DNA from: Octopus vulgaris
Lineage: Eukaryota
Reading direction: 5' to 3'
NCBI GenBank assembly: GCA_951406725.2
Contig: OX597827.1
Coordinates: 45,508,001 to 45,572,000, forward strand
Length of the DNA: 64,000 nucleotides
This document shows, in pieces, positions 58,220-64,000 of this stretch (position 1 is its first letter; every line of letters starts with the position of its first letter). The notes under the pieces are model-generated. The model saw only the letters and a program-made list of their open reading frames with translations. It made no database searches and was not told the origin of the DNA. The translations under genes and the position numbers were made by a program.

Positions 58220-58470
58220 TGAAGGCTCATGGCTCGGCGGTTAGAGCGTCGGGCTCGCAGTAATGAGGTAGAAAGTTCGAATCCTGGACTGAGCAGTGTA
58301 TTTTTTTTTTTTGAGCAAGGCATTTATTTCATGTTGCTCTAGTTCACTCTGCTGTAGAAATGAGTTGTGACGTCACTGGTGCCAAGCAGTATCAACCTTT
58401 GCTTTTCCCTTGGATAACATCAATGGCATGGAGAGGGGAGGCTAATATGCATGGGCGACCGTTGCTCTTT
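58220..58470 (+). mobile_element. tRNA-derived SINE, family C type
   Basis: TGGCTCGGCGGTTAGAGC A box, GTTCGAATCC B box. Confidence 0.75.
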
Positions 58471-58524
58471 CTTATACATATAGATGCATGTTTATGTATG
58501 TGTGCGTGTATGTGTGTACATAAG

Positions 58525-59009
58525 GTGTTGTTATCTGTTTGATATGATATGAAAGGTTTAGTCCACTTTGAACTTTTAAACCCAAATTAAATGATAACAA
58601 AGGAGATCTACTGTAAGCAGCTTGAGTAGCTTAAGTCAACGCTAGAAGAAAAACGATCATCTTTGGTTTCAAGACCGGCCACATATAGCGAGGATGACAC
58701 TCCAAAGCTGGAGCAGTTTGAATGGGAAACGATATCCCACCCACCATATTCGCTGGACATTGCCCCAAAATCATTTGAACGGAAAAAATAAGAATTCTGT
58801 AGACGAGGTCAGAACAGCACTGGAGGAGTATTTTTCGTCACGGACAAGTGAATTTAGGAATAGGGGCCTTGCAGGTCTACCAGACAGATTGAAGGGCATT
58901 GTAGAAAATGAAAGAGAATATATTTTAGATTTAAAAAGAGCTTTGTTTATCCTAATTTTGGAAAATAAAAGAAGTATTAAAAAAACGCATTATTTATGGG
59001 ATGACCCTA
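58525..59009 (+). pseudogene. mariner transposase C-terminal fragment with right TIR
   Basis: DMKGLVHFELLNP..IYCKQL..PHIARMT..EWETISHPPYSLDIAP..FRNRGLAGLPDRLKGIVEN; ends TTATTTATGGGATGACCCTATA. Confidence 0.85.
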
Positions 59010-59298
59010 TATATTCATACGAAACAAAAGATGTAAAAAAAAAAGGAGACGAGGAAGAAGTAAAAGAGAAGAGGAGGAGGAGGAAGAAGTAGAGGAAGAG
59101 GAAGAAAAGATTGAAACCATTGAATTTACACTTTTTACTCTGTGCAAGGATACAAGTTCAAAGTAGGGAGAGATATTTTAAGAAGGGGAAGTGTTAGCTT
59201 TGATATTATGTCCCCTAAAGTGGTGTAGGGATTAGAAGAGAGAGTGAGAGAAATAGAAAGAGAGAGAAAGAAAGAAAGAGAGAGAGGCAATCAGGGGC

Positions 59299-59364
<66 letters not shown>

Positions 59365-59889
59365 ACAGAGACAGAGAGAAAGAGAGAATTTACTGGCGAA
59401 AGAGATCGTATGTGATGATGAGAGAGAGTTGGAGAGAGAGGGGCATAGAAAGAGATATTTTAAGAAAAATATATAGAGAAAGACTTCAAGCGAGAGGTAA
59501 TGAGGTAGAAAGATAGAGAGGAAGAAAGACAGTTAACGAAAATGAATAACCGAGATACAGGGAGACAAGAGATAATGAGAAAGAGAGAGAGGGAGAGTGT
59601 ATGAAAGAGAGGGTGAGAGGTAGGTCATGAGAGAAAGGGATTCAGTGAGAGAGAAGGAGAGCATGGAGAGAAACAGGGATGGGTGAGTGGGAAAGAAGAG
59701 CCTGGTGCACTCTACACATCAATGGCTAATCTCATGCTTTACTATGGTTGCAGCCGTGGAAAATGAAAACTTTTACAAAAATACTCATTTAATTCATTAA
59801 TCCCTGCGGATATAATAATAATAATAATAATAATAATAACCCCACTTCGCATCATCACTTCAACCACCTGAAATAATAATGGATACAAC

Positions 59890-59911
59890 AGCGACATCAG
59901 TTGGGCATTCC
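59890..59911 (-). promoter_or_regulatory. 22-bp dispersed motif, copy 11
   Basis: reverse complement GGAATGCCCAACTGATGTCGCT. Confidence 0.75.
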
Positions 59912-60852
59912 ACCTGTAAATTTTTTCTCACTCCTCCCACCCACTTCCACGCCCTCTTACTGTTACAAATTATTTTATTCATTCGGTACTCATTCACTAC
60001 TACGTCTTGCTCTGTACTGTGCAACTTGATATCATAATTAATCATTTGTAATTATCATCTGTATGTTTTACATTATTAATCTTTAAAACTCGTCTCGCGT
60101 CTATTGTATAACGTCTTTCAACACCCTCACCTTTCTCCATTATCATTTATATAACTCACTTTTTTCCTACCCCCACGCGCGTTTGTAAGCACCCCCTCTC
60201 GAGTTTTAGCGTTTCATATTTTCTATGCACGAATGACGTATGAAATTGCCCTCAGTAGCTAAATAAAGAAAGGATTGTAATTTTTTTTTTCTTTCTAAAA
60301 TTTTTATTATGTTTTCTACAGTTTCGTGCAATTTTCTACTGCACCGTCAAGTGCATCTCAGTGTGTGCAGTGCAGCATTGAGTCCTTGCATGTGCAGCGT
60401 CTGTTTTCCTTTGTTCGTGGTGTCCGATTTGTTTGATCCTGCTGTCATTGTTATTTTAGGGTTTCGTGTCTGTAGTATTATATAATACGAGCTATATAAA
60501 TTCTAATTAATTAGATGGTGATTGTATTTCGTTAGTGATGTGTGAGGTACATGCTTTGTGTAACAGTGGCGAGACTTGTGATTGCAAAGGCTACATATTG
60601 TGTATGTTATAAATACTATTGTACAACACGTTTTTTCTGAATACTGGTTGTATAAACTGGTGTTATGTGAGTCGGTGTTAAAAATGCTGGCTATCGATCG
60701 CACAGGAGTATGTGGTGTATTATATAATTAAGCAGTGATGTATTCAGACCAGTAAATACCCAGAGGTGACCCAGAAGCAACACTGTTGAAAACATTAGCG
60801 TTACTTCGCATAACTTATCTTTACTTCACCATCAAACCGAATGATATTTTAT

Positions 60853-61205
60853 GCGCACGAGTGGCTGTGTGGTAAGTAGCTTGCTTAGCAATCACATGGT
60901 TCCGAGTTCAGCCCCACCCTGCGTGGCACCTTGGGCAAGTATCTTTTGGTATAGCCCCGGGCCGACCAAAGCCTTGTGAGTGGATATGGTGGACGGAAAC
61001 TAAAAGAAGCCCGCCGTGTATATATATATATGTTTGTGTGTCTGTTTGTCCCCTCACCATCGCTTGACGAGGGATGTTGGTTTGTTTACATACTCGGTTC
61101 AGCAGGAGAGACCGATAGAATAAGTACTAGGTTTACAAAGAATAAGTCCTAGAGTCGATTTGTTCGACTAAAGGTGGTGCTCCAGTGAAATGGCTGAAAC
61201 AAATA
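60853..61205 (+). mobile_element. SINE family A
   Basis: similarity to other copies. Confidence 0.82.
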
Positions 61206-61324
61206 AAAAAATTTTTAATAAATAAAATAAAATAAAATACGTATATATGCTTATTTTGGTTTGCATTTCTCCCTTTTCTCTTGACAACATGTTCATAGTT
61301 AGCGTTCGGTCAATAGACGTATTG

Positions 61325-62105
61325 CTGGGAGAATTGTTAGCACGCTGGACGAAACGCTTATCGGTATTTCGCCCGTTTAAGGCGGCGAGCTGGCAGAAAC
61401 GTTAGCACACCGGGCGAAATGCGTAGCCGTATTTCCTCTGCCGTTACGTTCTGAGTTCAAATTGCGCCGAGGTCGACTTTGCCTTTCATCCTTTCGGGGT
61501 CGATAACTTAAGTACCAGTTACGCACTGGGGTCGATGTAATCGACTTAATCCCTTTGTCTGTCCTTGTTTGTACTCTCTGTGTTTAGCCCCTTGTGGGTA
61601 GTAAAGAAATAGGTATTTCGCCCGTTGCTACGATCTGGGTTCTTTTATCTGCTTTTTTCGGGATCGCAAAATTAAGTACCACTTGCGTACTGGGGTCGAT
61701 CTAATCAACTGCTCCCTCCCCTAAAATTTCAAGCCTTGTGCCTATAGTAGAAAGGATTATTATTATTAAGGCAGCGAGCTGGCAGGATCGTTAGCACACC
61801 TGATGGAATGCTTACCAGCATTTCGTCCGTCTTTACGTTCTGAGTTCAAATTCCACCGGGTTTGCATTTTGCCTTTCATTTTTTCGGGCTCGATGAAATA
61901 ATTATCAGTTGAACTCTGGGGTCGATGTAATCGACACATTCCCTCCCCCAAAATTGCTGCCCATGTGGCAAAATTTGAAACCATTATCATTATTATTAAG
62001 ACGGTGAGATGGTAAAACCGTAAGCATGCCGGGGAAATGCTTAGCGGCATTTTGTTCATTTTCACGTTCTGGGGTCGACTTTGCCTTTCATCCTTTCGGA
62101 ATCGA
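61325..62105 (+). mobile_element. cluster of four nested/tandem SINE family-B copies
   Basis: repeated TAAGGCGGCGAGCTGGCAG..GTTCTGAGTTCAAAT..CTTTCATCCTTTCGGGGTCGAT..CTGGGGTCGATGTAATCGAC with (ATT)n tails. Confidence 0.85.
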
Positions 62106-62489
62106 TATATGACCAAAAGGGAAAACTATAATTGTCAGTAAATATGACTAAGATGTTAGGTGAGTTATAGTTTTCCTTTTTGGTAAAACAATGTACACGG
62201 CTGTCTATTTTAAATTATTATATAAATGTGTGTGTGTGTGTTAGTGTGTGTGTGTGTGTATACATACACGCACAAGCACGCGCACACACATATGTATAGT
62301 TCTTGGTTTTACGGGGTTACACTATAGCATAGTTATTGTTTTAACTTTCTTGTTTACTTTGCGTTTGTTTTCATTATTCCATCGTTTCTATTTGTTATGC
62401 TTCTGTTTATTTCCATTTTCCTTTAATTTTATCTTCATTTTACTTCTTTGCTAAAGAAGCACCTAATTTAGCCTTATTTTTTTTTTATT

Positions 62490-63400
62490 AATTACTAAGT
62501 GGATCAAGCGATAAGAAAATGTCTAAAGAATGTGTGCAACAATTCGCTAAAATAAATATTTAACGTCTGTGAAACCGGTCTATTCAAAATGAAAATAACA
62601 AAGAGAATTTTTACGTTATTAAGTGAAAAAGAAAGAGTTTTTATGTCAAAAGTGGAAAAAGATTAGCTGTTTGAACGCATCGAAAAGTCCAATCCCATTA
62701 CTATAATGTTGTAACATATTAGGTGACTGTGTCATGAAGCGACTATGAATTAATAGTACTCTTAATTCGTGTGCAGTGAAATAAATGAATGTAAATGTTC
62801 TTACAATTTGTACGCAAGCAAATGAGAAACAATGGATGACTGCTGCCGTATTAGAAAACTAGTTTAATCAAAAGTTTGTCCCTGAGACTGAAGTTTATAC
62901 AAAAGAATTTTATTGTAATCAAAATGTTGATTACATCACATCCCAATGATTTAAAACTCTCTTTAACATTAATGTGCTGGTTTTGCCACCCAGAATTACA
63001 CACTTTATCCAACCATTTGATGACGACATAATTTGTAATTTTAAAACAAATTATGTAAAACATTATGTATTATATATACATACATATATATATATATATA
63101 TATAATACTTGATGATATGACAGATAAACAGATTACTGGAGAATGGAAAAAAATGTAATAATCTGCATTGTCTGAAAATAATTGCGGAAGCAATTTTTGA
63201 ATTTAAGAAAAAAAACCTTTAATGAATTTTATAAGGCTATTTCGCTTGGAGCAGTTCTACATAGCAATGATGGCAAAACAAGGGGGAAAAATTTAATTCA
63301 GACGTAATTAATATTGCCAGCTTAATAGAAATGAGAGATATGTTGATTTAGTCGTCTGAGAAATTGAGGAATTATTTGCAGAACAGAAAGAGTTGAATGA
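62490..63400 (+). pseudogene. highly decayed pogo/Tigger transposase
   Basis: ANEKQWMTAAV at ~62818-62850 and NINVLVLPPRITHFIQPFDDDIICNFKTNY at ~62965-63055, resembling the DDE_1 motif FLPPNTTS.LQPLDQGII..FK..Y; boundaries approximate. Confidence 0.75.
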
Positions 63401-64000
63401 AGATTTAGTTGGTATGATCATCAGTAATTCCAAATGATAAAAGCACATAAAAAAAGCCCCCCAGAAAACAAAGAGCGAGAGATTGATGTCAATGAAGCAG
63501 CGTCATTTATTATTGCAAAAAATTGTATAAAAGACGGATTTACAAACGTAAAGTAATTTTTAAGTATATCTTATTAAGAGTGATCTTAATACGGAGTGTA
63601 GTTTGAACTTTCAAAGAAAAATAAATAAAATAAGACACTCTAGAGCGGCTAGCGAAAACTTTAAAACAGATTTGCAAAAATTTACGAAGCTTGGAATTAT
63701 AGATTTTATAAAACGGTCAGCCATATTGAACAAACAGTAAGAAGGAGGGGTGTAGGAGGAGGGGAAAAGCAGCAGCAGCAGAAGAAGAAGAAAATTATGA
63801 GGATAAATAAGGTGGAAAAGAAAGCTAGCAAGCAAGAAATAGTAACCATGTATAAAAATTGCCAGGGAGACGAGTATCAATATCCCATGAGGTATGTTTG
63901 AACAATTGCGAAGAATCTTTTTACATGAAACCATTGGTTGCCTTGCTAATCCATAAATAAAGTATCTATCAATCTACACACAAACACATACACACAAGCA

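Noticed and set aside
60480-60780. Possible LTR followed by a PBS-like GGTGACCCAGAAG
   Set aside because: No second LTR, no clear TG..CA ends and no internal coding remnant.

Overview
AT-rich, microsatellite-saturated, non-coding eukaryotic DNA with no intact protein-coding gene. The repeat content suggests a coleoid cephalopod such as Octopus; this is an inference from style, not a database hit. Almost all ORFs in the track are translations of (AT)n, (AC)n, (ATAC)n or trinucleotide tracts. Recognisable content includes three families of tRNA-derived SINEs (over 25 copies or fragments), decayed DNA transposons (mariner, Tc1-like, pogo/Tigger, Chapaev3, Helitron), LINE and Gypsy-gag relics and a U6 snRNA retrocopy. 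There are also many Penelope-like/retrozyme remnants carrying hammerhead-ribozyme motifs, and long fold-back inverted repeats. The most striking unexplained signal is a 22-bp motif, consensus GGAATGYNNAWCTGDTGTCGCT. It occurs 11 times (10 full, 1 partial), about 2.5-9 kb apart, each copy in a small island of complex sequence outside any recognisable TE. Orientations run in blocks, +++ -- +++ ---, giving two convergent clusters. This looks like an array of oriented protein-binding sites (insulator/loop-anchor-like or recombination-like).
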